64,000 bases of DNA, from NCBI RefSeq assembly GCF_041956535.1, contig NW_027192199.1:825693-889692 (forward strand), given 5' to 3'. The DNA is from Calcarisporiella thermophila CBS 279.70 (lineage: Eukaryota; Fungi; Calcarisporiellomycota). Numbering within the stretch: position 1 is the stretch's first letter; the number at the start of each line of letters is the position of its first letter. Shown here one piece after another: positions 37,598 to 49,569 of the stretch. The notes under the pieces are model-generated. The model saw nothing but the letters and a program-made list of their open reading frames with translations. It was not told the DNA's origin and did no database searches. Made by a program: the position numbers and the translations under genes.

Positions 37598-39888
37598 GGT
37601 TCCTTCGCGTTATAACGGAGGGGGGGAGGGGGGGAGAAGCAAGCTGGGCTCAAGTGGGTGGGAAAACAAGAAAGAAAAGCAACATCCTGGCGGTATACCG
37701 GGATTACTTTGTTTCATTAGGGAGGAAAAGGGTTTTTCCCTCTCACAAACGTTTCTCTCTTGACCTCCCCTTCAATTAAATTCATGTGGGACTACGATCG
37801 GGAAGAGAGGCCCATCATAAGCTCATAGGACGGAAAAGATTTGAAGCGCAGCCATGGAAATCAAACAACCGGGCAATACGATTGACTAATTAGGAGTCCT
37901 ATTCAACATTAATGGCGTTGTCTTAAATCCTTGTTTAGAGCAACTTCTTGTCTCCACTGCCGTTCCCACCCTCCCTCGCCGCTTCCCGCCTTGGCTTCTT
38001 TTAGCCGGGCCTGGCTCTTGTTGGTGAGAGCTGATAAAGCGTATAAGCATCCTTCTGTCCAATTCTATTGACGCTGCGGCTGATTCGCCCCGTCAGTATA
38101 ATTTACCGAAATTTTATTTATTTATTTGTTGTATTCTCTGACCCCTTTTCGGGAAAATTTCAATAAACCATGACAAAGGATTCGGATCCCACGGAGGCTT
38201 GAATTAAACCAAGAGGTTGTTTTACCGCAGAGTAAAACCCAAGCTCCACAGAATTCGACATTACTGGGCTTGCTGTGCTATGCAAGTAGGTTTTGTAAGA
38301 CTGCTGAACATTATGTGTGGGGGAAGGAGTGCGCTCTCCGTATTTTCTTTCCTGGTCCCATGAGTCCAGAGTGCTTCTCAGTGAATTGCAGAAAAGATTT
38401 CATTTACACAAAAGATGGAGCTTGGTCTATGAATCCCAATTTGGCGTAGGTTAAGAATATCCTCTCGTCTGAAAAACTCTCGAGGGATGGGGGGAGGGGG
38501 CATGAGCGAAACAAGAAGTTAAAGCATGTAGGCAACCTACCTTGGCAATAATATATAAATCGGCCATTTATAAGCCTAATAAGAATCTATTGTCGAACCA
38601 TATTTCCAGAAACTGTTGGCTTGCAAAGCCAGCCTCAATTGAGTTTTAGGCCGAAATCTTATCTTTAAGTCACCCATTCACATGAGGCTTAATGATGGGT
38701 GCCAATAACGATGTCGAGCATTCTTGGAGTTCATAAAATTAGGAGATGAAGGTGAACCAATCTGAGCCGTGCTAAATGGGAATATTCAGCTGATATTTTT
38801 CAATAGGATCATCTTCATGAGAAGTTGGATATCCTATTTATTGTAGATTGGCATCGATTACACTGTGTTCATGCGCGTATGCGAAGGAACAATAGCGGTA
38901 GAGATGGAGCTTGTTTTAGAGTTTAATACACGCCCAGCTGCTTCAAGCAGGTGTTCTTTACTTTTTTCGATTTTGTATATTCATGCAATGAGCTCATGGC
39001 AAACAAGCGGTTGCCTTCAGATCTGGGGACCAAAACAGAAAAGATGGGCACTCACGGTGAAACTATGATTTCGTGCTTGGTGTAGATTTCTACCGCGGTA
39101 GTCGGGGAAATAGCCTTCTATATTCTATGTTGCTGCACAATCCGCTACGCTCTATTCCGTGTCTTTACATCGACTGTGTTCCCCTGTTATTATACGCATG
39201 GCAGGCGGTACCTGGCGCATTCCCACTACGAATTTTGATGTCCTATGGGTGGGCGAGGGTCAACCATCTTTTGTTTCCCTTACCCATCACCTCCGCTGCG
39301 TGATAAAATCCTTTCCCCTGAATTCCAATGCTGAGACAACGGTGCCTCAAAACCTCGCCTGAGGGACATGGAATACTCCCTCCTTGAGAAGAGTTTAAAA
39401 AAATGCGTGCGAAAAAAGGCCGGGATAGTGCCCACTTTCCATTTTACCAGGAAGGGAATGCAAGAGACGTTTCGTATAGTGATTTCCATGTATGGCAGGG
39501 TAGATCTTTGCCACGTTATGACCAAAAGGGTTGAAATCGAAGTGATCGGAATTTTGCATATAGAGTTTTTGTTGATGGATGGTATCCCATTATTTTGCAA
39601 GGTCCGACAGAGCCTTTTCTCAGCTATGAATTTTAGCATACAAACTCAAATCTCGATGTCGGGGTCTGTTTCCCTGGAGGCCCTGCTTCTTCGACCATAG
39701 TTTCCGTTACTGATTAGGCCCTAATGGGCCGAGGTATTCCAGAGAAAACCAAGGAGAACGCTTCCAGCCTCTGCAGAGGCCAGTAGGGCTGTGCAGGGAT
39801 TCATCGCGGGAAGAGACTTTGAAAAATCCAAATGAAATGTGCATTCATCATTACACAAGCTCAAAAAACCAAATCAACATAGACTAAA

Positions 39889-40497
39889 CTAGAACGTGGG
39901 GCAAATCAAATTTTCAGAACTGAGCTGATAGTATCCATCAGAGTCAAATTGTACGCAACCATTCTCGAGTTGCTCGATCAACTTGGTCATCCACTCTTCA
40001 AAGCTCGACGCTACCCATCTTTTGTCTCGCGTTTCGTGATCGAAATGGAAAATCTGCCCGATGGTTCCGCCTTCGGCGGGGGCCAGATCTAGACAATGAC
40101 CATCGCCGCCCCCGTTGCTAGTGATGGGAATCCAGGACAAATGCCACCACTCGTCCATTTGAATAGGTCCAAAGGATTCCCCTACCTCTTGTTCAGAGTC
40201 GTCGTCATCTAATTCCTCTTCGTACACATCTCTCCATGTCTCCCATTCGCTTAAAATTTGGTCCAGCGGTAGCAATGTGTAACCCCCAATCAGACCGCCG
40301 ATTTCCTCCTGACCATTATGAATCTTCAATGAATGGCGAAAATCCTGCGGGAACTTCACCCCTAGCTGCTCTTCCAACGACGCTATCTCTGCTTCCGATG
40401 CCCCCGGTTTTAAGGTTTTCGAGTATAGCTCCTGCTTTGTATTGGCATTGAGCCAATTTTCCCAGCGCGTCCACAGCCCTTTCATTTGTTCTTCCAT
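39889..40497 (-). CDS. SMI1/KNR4 (SUKH) family protein, compact bacterial-like form
   Basis: LKPGASEAEIASLEEQLGVKFPQDFRHSLKIHNGQ; WWHLSWIPITSNGGGDGHCLDLAP..GGTIGQI; VASSFEEW; 202 aa, intronless. Confidence 0.85.
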   Translation of the reverse strand: MEEQMKGLWTRWENWLNANTKQELYSKTLKPGASEAEIASLEEQLGVKFPQDFRHSLKIHNGQEEIGGLIGGYTLLPLDQILSEWETWRDVYEEELDDDDSEQEVGESFGPIQMDEWWHLSWIPITSNGGGDGHCLDLAPAEGGTIGQIFHFDHETRDKRWVASSFEEWMTKLIEQLENGCVQFDSDGYYQLSSENLICPTF

Positions 40498-43400
40498 GAT
40501 GGGGTGGAGTCGTGAGCGCGCTACATCGATTGCATCCCTCGTTGATTTTATAGGATTCCCATCCAATTTACTCGATTTCTGTCTCACGGGTCAAACCAAG
40601 ATCTGCTATCTACACATTCCATCCAATGGCTTGGCCATGGTTCAAATTATGGACCTTGGCTGACTCTTGGTGACGCGTTGCTTACCCAAGCTCGGCTGCC
40701 TATTCGGCTGAGTATTCAAGAAGGGTGTCGAATGGACCCACTGATGTGAAGATGGTTAATGGGCCTAGCCTCCCTCCTACGTAGATGGGCAAAGGCCGAC
40801 TCTATCACACCTGCACACATTGTATCTCAATCTGTGGGATGCTTGCCCGTCTTCGGGATAGCGTCTGACTCCTAAGTTCGATAACACACCGTTTCTAGAA
40901 CGATCTCTATCATTTATCGTTCATTTCTGAGTACCAATAGTGGCCCAATTTATGCTTAGACCTATCGATTGCTTCATTCCAGTAGGAAAGGGGTAAGATA
41001 GAGCAGAGGCCAGGCTGAGTATGGACATCTATGGCCGAAGTCTTCTCCTTCTACGGCCTCTTTTGCAACACCGGACAAAGCGATGAAATCTTGTGGCAGA
41101 TGACATCACCATATTGGGTGGCATGTTCAGGAAACGAAAAGTAAACAATCACTCTAGTCTGCAACCCAGCTCCCATTGGACACGGGTTCAACGACAGCTC
41201 GTCGGTGCTCGATCCCAGGGCTACTCTAGTAGTTCCATAGGACAGCGCGAAAAAGGGGGCAAATGCTTGTGGGCAAGTTTCATCTCATAAGCATCTTTGT
41301 TCTCCTGTCCTCCGACCCATCCCTGGGCCTTGGTCATACTTGTCACGCTCGAGTTTTTAGTATGGCAATATAGATCGCTGAGTTATCTTGTTCTTTGGCA
41401 AGGGAGGGGAAAGCTTACTGATAAAGAGATTGAGGTGAGCTGGAGTCCAGTGGATCGGGGAGCTGGGGATCCAGTCAAAATCTCTAGCCGGCCTTGGAAA
41501 CGCCCGGCCCAGATCATGGAAGCTCCCTTTCCCTTAGCCGAGAGCCGGTGCCCCCCTTCCCCCCCCTCCCTGGAGCGAAAGGGAGGGGAAAGAGGGGCTC
41601 ATGCAGTCGGATCCGCGCCAGAGGATCCTACTCTTTGCGCAAGTGGAGTGTGCCCGACTCCTCCATCCACTACCCCCTCCTCTTCCATCCACACCTCTAT
41701 CATCACGGTCTTTCGTGGCTTATGGGATCGATAGGAATGTGATTCCTCTTGTTCGTGGCGAAGGCGTCTAAGCTTTTGTGTGCCTAATGCTTATCAACCT
41801 TAACTGCAAATATACGCCCACCCTATTCATCGCCGTTGCTCAGAATGGTAGAAAGATGGCCCCTCGTAGAGGCCGCAAATAGGAGGGGAAGCTTATGTCA
41901 ATGGAGGCGTAAAAGAAAAACCTTGAGTAGGAGTTTCCAGCACGCCTTCTCCCCCCTCTCTCGTTTAGGCTCATCTCCCTCACTCCCCGCCCCGAGTGTC
42001 AGGCTGCTTATTGCGCTTTAAGCTTCGATGGATCGGCTAAACTTGAGTCAAGACAGTTTAGTATTAGACTCGTAGCAAGGTGTTTTCGGGAGGAGAGAGA
42101 GAGACTTGACACTACTAGCGGTGGATGAATCGTGCGTAATCTTTTACACTCTATTGTACTTGACTTAATAAAGACAATCGCCCTCATAGTTCCTACAAGC
42201 AACCTTAACCTTTTTCAACTCCGCACCAAGAGGAGGTCCCCCCTCCCCCTTCCGCCCGTGGGAAAATGCCTCACAATCAGGCTTCGGAGTTGAGGGGAGC
42301 ACAAGCTAGCCGGGCACGAGCCTATTGGGGGATGGTGAGGGGAGCAGAGAGGAGAGGGGAGGAGAGGGCAGAGGAGAGGCCGCCGTGGATGGGAGAGAGC
42401 AGGAACTCAACCTCTTTGTTCGCAGACACAAGCGACGGCCGTGTGCGACGCTGGGTTTGCCAGCGGATTTCGGCCCCCGCCACTGTTTGTTTGTTAGTTT
42501 GTTTGGATGCCTTTGATCGCTCTCCATACCGATGCAAATCGGGCGGCAGATTTGGCCTGGAAAAACGAGACGACAGGTCTGGCCATGGGCATAATTCGAG
42601 GAGAATTGGAACACCAAATTGATTCATGCGGAAATTCGATTTATAATGAAATTAAAAAATCAGGTTTTACAATTTCAAACACTATCGTCCGTGTGAAGAA
42701 AAAATTAAGCGAGACGTGATCATTTCCTCCACCGGCATAATTGCAGGGTGCTTACTGGGCGGATCCGCCGCCCCAGGCTTGCCGCTGACGTGAGCAGCAA
42801 TAGCGGTTTTGTTCATATTGGCGGGCGAGGCAGGGAAAGGCAATCATGGTGGGAACGGCCGTGGGCCAGCGCAGGTCTGGGCTGGGCCAGGCCACACCGT
42901 TCCTCGGATCCGTGATCTCATCGAGGGGAAGGTTGGACTGTGCGACGCGGCTCGAGCAACCCATCAAGGAATAAGCATACGTAACGGTTTGAGACCAAGA
43001 GTCAAACTCTAATGGCATCCAAAAGCAGAGGAGGGGAGACGAAACACACCCCGCGTTTGCTGTAGCGCGGCGAACAGGGTTCACAGGTCCCGGCGAGGCC
43101 CGTGAAAAAAAAAACAGGGCCGCGCAGCGCCTGCCCGTCGCCCGCAGGCTGGCCGCGAATTTCACGGGAAAGCGCCTAGGTTGCATTAGCGTTAGCGTTG
43201 GCGGACGGGGCGTGGTAGCGCAATCTTGGGCCAGGTTGGACGTGTGCAAGCGCGAGCTTGTCCTCCGCAAGGTTCGCTGGGAAGCAGAGCATGTGCAATG
43301 CATCACGGGCGGAGAGGAGGACCCGCCGAGATAAGAATAGCACAGGGGGACTCCGGGAATAGAAGGGGGAGGCGAGGGGGGGGGGGGGAGGTGGCCGAGG

Positions 43401-44913
43401 GCCAGCGCGCACAGTACATTGGGCGCCGAGCAATGGTGCAAGAGAGTTTGGTGACATCGTCATGGGCCGGTTAGTGCTTTCCCTTATCGTGTAACCCGTG
43501 GCCAAAACCTATTGCAGGCTTGACAATTCCCGATTTTCTTGCTACGGCGGTTTCCCCTCGTTTGCCCTCTGCCTCCCAGCCAATTTACCCGCAACAAACC
43601 AAGAGTGCCACGGGAAACGAGGCTAAAAGACCTGAACACCGCGTGTCCCGATCCCCTCTCCTTGCTCTTGTTTTTCCCGCGCCGGCCTCCCCCGCTCCTC
43701 ATCGACATTCGCCATCTCGATCGCGGGCCAGCATTCCCCCCCTTGCGCTCTGCTTCCGCGACTCCACACTTTGTGTTTTTATTGCTCCGCACAAACTAAG
43801 CACCGAAGCAAGACCCTTGTGAAGCCGATGAAATCCTGCGAGATAAAATAAGCGTGAAAAGCCTTTTTCCCCCTTCGTGTCCCATTTGCATCTGCCCATC
43901 TCGCCGGCATCGAGCCTTAAGGTAAGCGCTTTCTCCCCTCTCTACTGCCCCCCTCCCACACAAGAGTGGCCTGCACTCCCGCAAGCCATGCAATGCACCC
44001 TCCTGCATCTCGGCCTGATATTGCCAAACCCGGGCCAAGCACAGGGCCGTGCAGCTGTGCGTGAGACTGGAACGAAAAGAGAGCGAGGCGGAATTGGGTG
44101 CAGGCCGGCTTGGCCCCCCTCCCCCCCCCCTCCCACCTCGCCTCCCCTCTCTCCCGTCGCTCGGCCGCGAGCATTGGGCGAGGGAGGAAGCGCGACTGAG
44201 GGGAGAGAGAGAGAGAGAGAGGAGGGAGGCGAGGGCGCGGCACGGGGGCGAGTGGCGCGTCACTGTTTCTCCCGGCGTTGCCCTAAGGGAGTAATAACCT
44301 GCTTGCGTCTTGCCCTCTCTTTTCCAGTCCGATGCGCTCTAGCTCCGAAGCCTAAGTTGTTCGAGCCCGGGTTCTGGTTTGACTGGTTTCAGGCTTACAT
44401 ATCGAGCAAGATGAAAAGGAGGGTGGTTGGGAATGCAATGCACTCGACGAGGCACCTGCCAAACTCTGCCTCTTCTCTCATGGTTGTCTGTGACGTGAAA
44501 CTAACACTGCTTTCCTTTTTCTCCCCCTCCCTCCTCTCCCCTCCTCTCGTGTCGCCTATATTAATCCCATCCTTGCATGCTCGGCCCTCGTCTCGTGTCG
44601 TTGGCGTATTCGTGGGTTAAAAAAAGTTGGAGTGCTTTTTTTAGCCGTCTTTTCTTAGTCAGTCCTGCGCGTGTATTGTTAGCGAGCAGTTATTAGTGAA
44701 CGTGGTATATAGCCGTTTCTCCTTCTAATTCTTGGACCCTCTCCCCCCCCCCCCTCGCCTCTCCCCTCCCCTCCCCCCCTCGCGCCTCCGCCCTCCTCTG
44801 CCTTGCTCCTCCCCCTTTCTTCTCCCCCATTGGTAATGGCTATCGTTAACATCCCCCATCTATCCCAGAACACAGCGCCCCACTTCCCCGACAGGTATGC
44901 CCAAGCATTCACC

Positions 44914-46617
44914 ATGAGCGCCATCTCAGAGACCTACTTCGGCTACATCGACACCACGCAAGATGCACTGCTCATTTTCGAGGCCTGCCAGCGTGGCCTC
45001 CTCCCAAAGCTCAACCGCCGCCTGCAGGAGAAGGAGCGCGGCATCGTCCGCAGCGGGAGCGTTTTCGTGTTCGATGAGCGGGAATCGGGGATCAAGCGCT
45101 GGACCGACGGGCGGGTGTGGAGTCCCTCGAGAATCCTGGGTAACTTCCTCATCTACCGCGAGCTGGACAGGCGCGGCCCAAGCGGGCGGCGGGAGCTGCT
45201 CTCCTCGCCCGAGCGCTCCACCGCCTTCCCCAACGACCCCGAGACCCGCGCCGAGCGCGAAAAGGAGCGCTCGCTCGTCGGGAGCCTCACTAACTCGTAT
45301 CGCTTCAAGCGCAACGGCCTCATCAAGAAGACGCTGTCGCTGGTCGTGAACGGCGTGAGCCAGCACCTCATCTCCTACTATGCGATCGAGGAGGTCAAGA
45401 TGGGCCGCCTCCGCCGCCCAAGCAGCGTGCCCGAGCTCGCCTCCCTCGAAATCTCCCCCGTGCTCCTGCTAAAGCAGAACTTCCGCGTCCCGCCCCTCGT
45501 GGACTCGCCCGCCGGGCCGGAGGGGGCCGCGGGCGCGGGGATGTCGGGCGCGCCCGGCTTGGACCTGCACACCTACCACGGGGCCTCCGGCGGCCTGGGC
45601 GGGGCGGATTACAGCCTCTACCCGTCCATGTCGCCGCCGGCCGGCCAGCGCGAGCACGTGGGGTCCGCACGGTGGATGCCCGCGGAGCCCCCGTCGGGCT
45701 TTCTTCCGGCGGCGGGCGGCTACGGCTCTGCCTCGGGGGTGCCGGATCCCCACGCCTCGCCCCCTTCCGACCTCCTCGAGCCTCCTCCCCACCCCACCCC
45801 GCCCGGCAGCGGAGCGCTACGCTCGCGCCCCTTTGACCCCGCCGCCTACGCACCGTTTCCCCAGTCCCTTTCGGCCGCGCCCCGGCAGCAGCCGTTCTAT
45901 CCCTCTCAGCCCATCCCCATCGTCTCCGAAGCCCAGAGCCTCTCCGCCGAGGGCGGACTTCGGTTCGTCTCGCCCCAGCAATCGTCCGCGTTCTCGAGCT
46001 ACGTCCCCCAGTCGTACATGACCGCCTTGCCCTCGCAGCTGGGCTACGGCGCCGCGTCGCACCCGTCCACTCCGCGTCAACCCCCGCCCATGCAGGCACA
46101 GCCGCGTGCCTCGGCCGCACCCTCCGTCGGTGGCTACTCGCAACCCCAGCCGTCCCCTTCCTACTCCACCTCGCCGGGCACGGGATTCAGCCCCGTGGGG
46201 GCTGGTTATCAGCCCCATGGGTCTCCGCTGGTAGGAGCCGCCCAGTTGTACTCAGCGTGGCCCGAGTATCCCGCCTCCTCCGCCTCCTCCCATCCCTCGC
46301 CGGCCTCCGTCCCCTCCTCGCGGCCGGCGTCCCACTACTCCGCGCAGCCTCCACAGCGCCAGCTCCAGCCTTCCCCCGGACTCTCGCATGGAAACCCGGC
46401 CTCATACCCTTCCCCCGCTCCCCCCGTCCAGTATGACACTCGGCCCGCGCCTGCCCACCTCTACCCCTCTCACCTCGGGTCTCAGCACCCGGGACAGCAG
46501 CAACAGCAGCAGCAGCAACCCGCACAGGGGGAGCAGCAGGCACAGGGAATGTATGCCTACAACTCTGGGCAGATCCTACCCATGTACTCGTCCTCTTACC
46601 CTGAGGGCTCATCATAA
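44914..46617 (+). CDS. Gti1/Pac2 (WOPR) family transcription factor, paralogue 1; possible upstream start at 44836
   Basis: ETYFGYIDTTQDALLIFEAC, GIKRWTDGRVWSPSRILGNFLIYREL, GLIKKTLS, HLISYY, followed by a Pro/Ser/Gln-rich tail. Confidence 0.93.
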   Translation: MSAISETYFGYIDTTQDALLIFEACQRGLLPKLNRRLQEKERGIVRSGSVFVFDERESGIKRWTDGRVWSPSRILGNFLIYRELDRRGPSGRRELLSSPERSTAFPNDPETRAEREKERSLVGSLTNSYRFKRNGLIKKTLSLVVNGVSQHLISYYAIEEVKMGRLRRPSSVPELASLEISPVLLLKQNFRVPPLVDSPAGPEGAAGAGMSGAPGLDLHTYHGASGGLGGADYSLYPSMSPPAGQREHVGSARWMPAEPPSGFLPAAGGYGSASGVPDPHASPPSDLLEPPPHPTPPGSGALRSRPFDPAAYAPFPQSLSAAPRQQPFYPSQPIPIVSEAQSLSAEGGLRFVSPQQSSAFSSYVPQSYMTALPSQLGYGAASHPSTPRQPPPMQAQPRASAAPSVGGYSQPQPSPSYSTSPGTGFSPVGAGYQPHGSPLVGAAQLYSAWPEYPASSASSHPSPASVPSSRPASHYSAQPPQRQLQPSPGLSHGNPASYPSPAPPVQYDTRPAPAHLYPSHLGSQHPGQQQQQQQQPAQGEQQAQGMYAYNSGQILPMYSSSYPEGSS

Positions 46618-47553
46618 CCCGGCCATATAATATATCCATAAAGGACAATGTTTATTCTTTGCTTCTTTCCTGCTCTTCTTTGCCTTTATCTCTCGCTCTC
46701 TCTCTCTCTCTAATCCTTATGCTATGCGACATATTTTTCTTCTTCTTCTCCTTATCCTTAATCCTCTTATGTTCGAGATCCTGTTTGTACTATGATAAAA
46801 AGGATGGGGAGGAAATCGCGGAACTTTTCATGGGAAAAACTAATTTTTTTTTCGTACTATATCATTACATTTATTTGTTTTTTTATATCTCCCTATCCCC
46901 TTTGACTTTATATATAATTGTGTGTGTTATTTAATTTTCTTTCTCCTTCTATATTCTCCTCCTTTCTCTCTTTCTTGATTGTTTCTCTGTCCTCTCTCCC
47001 CCTTTTTTATATATATTTTTGTTTTTGTTTATTTCATTTATTTCATTTGACGATATTTTTCTTTTTTTTTTGTCTCTCAACCCACGCCGTCAGAAGGCTG
47101 GCAGCGCTGGAAAAAAAAAAAGCTGCCCAAGTTGTTCTTGGGGGGCCACTACCATAGAGAGGAAGGACATTTCTATATTTTTTCAATAAAATAGTGGCTC
47201 AAAACCCATATTATACATCTTGGAAGCGAATCGATAGATAAGAATGATGATGAGATAGAAGAACAAGCAAAAGTGGGAAAAAAAAACATAGCCTTGAGCG
47301 TAATAGCAAGCTTTCTACAGTTTTAACAGAACAAAAAAATATCAGCAAATATAGGTTAGACGGGCAAGCGCGAAACGCCAGCGTTGTCATTGGTAGTATT
47401 TTCTAATTACTCTTGTTGTGTTGGCCGCTTCGGATGGATATAGAAGTGAAGGAGGAGGAGGGGAGAGGGGAGGAGCATGGCATATCGAAACACGTGAGTG
47501 CATGAACGAATGGCCGAATGCGAGAAACTCATGCTGACGGGCAGCTTTGGGGT

Positions 47554-48636
47554 TTATAACTCCTCGGTTGACTCGATGGTGCTAATTCTGCGCACCACAT
47601 CGAACACGACAAAGTTCAGGGCAGCCGCCGGGGCGATCACCCACATTCTTGCCTTCATTCCGGTGAAGAAGCCGTTCACTCCCTCCTCTTGCAGGATCTT
47701 ACGCGCCATCGGCACAAGGCGCAGATCGACGCGCCCCCCACCGGGTGCTGACTTGCGCGCAGTTTGAATACGAGTTTTGATCAGATCAAACGGTGCCGAC
47801 GTGAAGACGGCGGCGAGAGAAGCTACGGAGCCGGAGGTAGCGGTGACGCCGAAATACTGCGCGTACTCCCAGGAAAACGATGGCGGGACATTGGTGATGG
47901 AGAGCGTCTTAAGGAGGTTGCCGCGGATGCCCTCGTACACGGGGAAGATGACGACAAAAGGCATCGCGGTGAGCAGGGAGACCCCGTACCCTCGAAAGAG
48001 GAAACGAAGGCCGCCCTCATCCTTAACATGGCGGACAAGTGCGGAGAAGTGAGATTTAGGCTTGGCAGGAGCAGCGGCCAATGGGGCGGCGGCCAAGAGG
48101 GATGCCGCTGTGCGAGGATGAGACGACGTGTGCATTGCGTAGGAGCTCGGTAGCGGAGGCTTCATCCCGTTCGATTTCCCCGGCATCCCGGATGAAGCTG
48201 CAGGGGAGGGCGAGAGTCCTACAGTGAGCTGCTGGGACACCACATCAAAGGGCAGCATCATGGTCAACGTTGTGAACCCAGCAATGGCTCCAGCAAACGC
48301 CCCAACTCCCATCGGATGATGCATCCATGGAGCCTTGCTTTCCTCGGGCATGGCATTGATCTTTTCTCTGATAAAGTCGTAGGTGCCAAACTGACACAGC
48401 CGTGCGAATAAGGAACCTCCAACGAAGAATGAACCCCCATCGAACAGCCCCCGTATCCCACGAGTGCGGATCCGTTGGCGAAGGAGCTGGGTGACCGTCG
48501 CTGTGGAATTCTGGGTCTGTTGCAAGATCTTCACCGTACGGAATGGATAAAGAGCTAAGATAATGGGTGCATTAAGGATGGTGCCGTAGAAATAATATCG
48601 CTTGAAATCGATATTGGAGTTGGACGGAGTGTTCAT
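47554..48636 (-). CDS. Mitochondrial carrier (SLC25) family protein, SLC25A44-like
   Basis: Three carrier repeats with Px[D/E]xx[K/R]-like motifs (YPFRTVK, LPFDVVS, APFDLIKTR) and EGGLRFLFRG / EEGVNGFFTG; intronless. Confidence 0.88.
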   Translation of the reverse strand: MNTPSNSNIDFKRYYFYGTILNAPIILALYPFRTVKILQQTQNSTATVTQLLRQRIRTRGIRGLFDGGSFFVGGSLFARLCQFGTYDFIREKINAMPEESKAPWMHHPMGVGAFAGAIAGFTTLTMMLPFDVVSQQLTVGLSPSPAASSGMPGKSNGMKPPLPSSYAMHTSSHPRTAASLLAAAPLAAAPAKPKSHFSALVRHVKDEGGLRFLFRGYGVSLLTAMPFVVIFPVYEGIRGNLLKTLSITNVPPSFSWEYAQYFGVTATSGSVASLAAVFTSAPFDLIKTRIQTARKSAPGGGRVDLRLVPMARKILQEEGVNGFFTGMKARMWVIAPAAALNFVVFDVVRRISTIESTEEL

Positions 48637-49569
48637 GATCTCTGTTCTAAAATTGGAATCTAAGCAGATGGTAGGAGGGAATCCAGCATGGATATCTTGT
48701 AAAAGTGGGAGGGCACGGCGGAGGACGGTGAGGGGTGCACAAAGTCACAGTCAAAAGATAGCTGAAAAGCAGACGAAATCGGAGAAGAGTGAGGATCTAG
48801 TGCCGGAATAATTAATTACAAATCTATATATATACTCTATGAACTTGGAGATGTGAACTGAACGGGAAGAAAATGTTTAGTAAGTGGGTGCTATCTTAGC
48901 TAGTTATCCCGCCACGTGAACAAATATTTAAAACGTATGATGAATTTCGAGTGGGAATTGGATCAGCCTACTCTGCCAAAAGTCAATGGGCAATCCTTAG
49001 AAGGACAGAGCAGTTTTGGAATCAGCCAGAAATCTTAGTAATTCTCGGTGCCTCTGAATTTGCGTTTCCAACGCATGCTCAAAGAGAAAGGGGAAAAGAA
49101 GTTGGATACATACAAATTACATAGATGATAAAAATACTGATCTTGCGGATAAAAATTTAGGCTTTTTTTTCTCTTCCCAATCTGATAACCATCACTTACT
49201 CCAAGGAGTCCCTCCTTGTCCAGTACGAAAATGACATTTTCGCTGAGTCACTCTCCGAATATTTCCATGTGGTCTTAACAGAGTTTAGGAGGCATGGTTT
49301 ATCTTGGAAGAGAGGCCAAACTTGAAAAGGGCCGAGACGGAATCGGCCTGGACCACTGAGCACACAGTTAATAGTGCTTGGTATGGGCGATGCAAATGAA
49401 AAAGCCTTTTATTAAACTCATCCCAAAATTCAGTCTATTTATGCTCAATATAACAGCAAGTAAACGCGTGAGTGACTAGGATTTGCACCTTACAGCTTGC
49501 AATCTTGGTGTTTGGTTTGGTGACAACAAAAGGGCTCTCGGCAAAAATATTGCCGATGAGCGCCGGGAA

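Noticed and set aside
44340-44375. Short similarity (KLFEP vs KLLEP) between the upstream regions of the two WOPR genes as a conserved uORF
   Set aside because: Too short to distinguish from chance, and there is no shared ATG-initiated frame.
41297-46648. Many long overlapping ORFs on both strands (also at 61712-63920)
   Set aside because: They are by-products of high GC content and antisense or alternative frames of the WOPR genes; low-complexity translations with no family motifs.
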